A stretch of DNA of 17,279 bases from NCBI GenBank assembly GCA_016839515.1, contig JAEOUE010000267.1:1-17279 (forward strand), in the 5' to 3' direction. Below, piece by piece: positions 16,271-17,279 of this stretch. The notes below the pieces were generated by a model. The model worked only from the letters and a program-made list of their open reading frames with translations. It was not told the origin of the DNA and made no database searches. A program made the translations under genes and the position numbers. Position 1 is the first letter of the stretch, and every line of letters begins with the position of its first letter. Source of the DNA: Candidatus Hodarchaeum mangrovi. Lineage in GTDB: Archaea; Asgardarchaeota; Heimdallarchaeia; Hodarchaeales; Hodarchaeaceae.

Positions 16271-16732
16271 TTAACCCTGTAAAAAATGTAAAGATTTATA
16301 AAATTCCCATATTTTTTTTAAAAGGGTTTTTTTAGGATAATGACTTATAATATGATACTTTTGACCACAATTTTGGCATTTTATAACAGGTTTAGAAGAT
16401 GTAATCTGTTTAATGATCAATCGTATCGAACAGGGTTCACAATCAACCTTAAATGGACCATTAAAATTATTCTCTTTATGACAATTTGGGCAGATAAAAA
16501 CCCCCATTCCTTCAATTACAAACGAAGAGTTGCAATGATAACAATTTATTGATGTTTTAGGGCAAACATGAATAACTGAATCATCGTCCATAGCTAATTG
16601 CATTGTATTATTAATGTTTAATTCTGTAACTTTAGAAATAAACGAAGATTGTATAGAAGCTCCACAATTCCAACAATTAATTCGTATACGATCATTTTCT
16701 GATCCACAAGAAGGACATATCTTAGATTCCAA
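16271..16732 (-). CDS. Multi-zinc-ribbon protein (six CxxC motifs)
   Basis: CPSC, CWNC, CYHC, CPNC, CEPC, CQNC; TTG start preceded by GGTGAT (16736-16741). Confidence 0.8.
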   Translation of the reverse strand: MESKICPSCGSENDRIRINCWNCGASIQSSFISKVTELNINNTMQLAMDDDSVIHVCPKTSINCYHCNSSFVIEGMGVFICPNCHKENNFNGPFKVDCEPCSIRLIIKQITSSKPVIKCQNCGQKYHIISHYPKKTLLKKIWEFYKSLHFLQG

Positions 16733-16981
16733 AAGATCACCATTTAAATTTTTAAAATATCAATAGCAAATGACTTTGATATTTTCAGAAATATATCATC
16801 TAGTTCTAAAAAAAGTTTCCAATGAGAGGAGATTCTTCTTTATTTACTTAAAAAGATAAGAGATGCCTCATATCGGTACTTAATAGATTTGAATGGGGAT
16901 GTATTGAATTTATGTAAAAAAAAATAATCTTGATTAAGAAAAAAAAGAGATTCTTAATTCTAAGGAAAATATAATTGAAGT

Positions 16982-17278
16982 TTAGTAAATAAAAGGGATT
17001 AACCTTTTGGTGAGTTTTATATACCCCAGATATTCTTCTCCAAAGGTTTGAATCAACAATGTCTCTTCTAATGTCATTCTTTTATTTAACCACAACACAA
17101 GAATTAACAAGGTAATAATCGAACAAATCAGACTAGAAAAAGAAAGGGAATAGCCAAGGAAAAGAAATGATGCTCCAGTATAAATAGGATGACGAATGAT
17201 GTGATATGGTCCTTTGGTAATTAATTTATGATCTTTTTCAATCCCTATTACTATTGTGCTCTCTCTACCCAGAATAAT
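16982..17278 (-). CDS. Isoprenylcysteine carboxyl methyltransferase (ICMT/Ste14/PEMT) family membrane methyltransferase, 3' portion; not in the ORF track
   Basis: Manual translation: IILGRESTIVIGIEKDHKLITKGPYHIIRHPIYTGASFLFLGYSLSFSSLICSIITLLILVLWLNKRMTLEETLLIQTFGEEYLGYIKLTKRLIPFIY*. It has the 'HxLxTxGPYxxxRHPxY' and 'RxxxEExxLxxxFGxxY' motifs; the frame is open to the window edge. Confidence 0.93.
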   Translation of the reverse strand: MILGRESTIVIGIEKDHKLITKGPYHIIRHPIYTGASFLFLGYSLSFSSLICSIITLLILVLWLNKRMTLEETLLIQTFGEEYLGYIKLTKRLIPFIY

Positions 17279-17279
17279 C

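Noticed and set aside
1-17279. CRISPR arrays, tRNA/rRNA genes, IS elements, defence systems
   Set aside because: No regularly spaced repeats, GC-rich structured RNA segments, or transposase/integrase/nuclease motifs were seen; intergenic gaps are short (at most about 320 bp) and AT-rich.

Overview
AT-rich, gene-dense window that looks archaeal: GGTGA(T) ribosome-binding sites precede five genes, TTG/GTG starts occur, and it encodes N-sequon-rich surface proteins and a membrane-anchored winged-helix regulator. An Asgard-type lineage is my inference, not proven. Gene order: GPH/MFS sugar transporter (5' truncated), GH38 alpha-mannosidase, surface protein with three DxDxDG repeats, corrinoid protein plus MtmB-family methyltransferase, a convergent stand-alone MetH-type B12 reactivation domain, ArsB/NhaD-family permease, S10 carboxypeptidase, FAD/NAD(P) oxidoreductase, wHTH-TM regulator with a secreted partner, split Ada/Ogt repair pair, multi-zinc-ribbon protein, and the 3' end of an ICMT-family methyltransferase missed by the ORF track. 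The standout is a full-length MtmB homologue with no amber codon. It has Lys (AAA) at the pyrrolysine position, and Phe/Leu where Methanosarcina MtmB has active-site Glu229/Glu259 (alignment from memory). This points to a pyrrolysine-free corrinoid methyltransferase system with a probably different substrate. No rRNA, tRNA, CRISPR or mobile element was seen.
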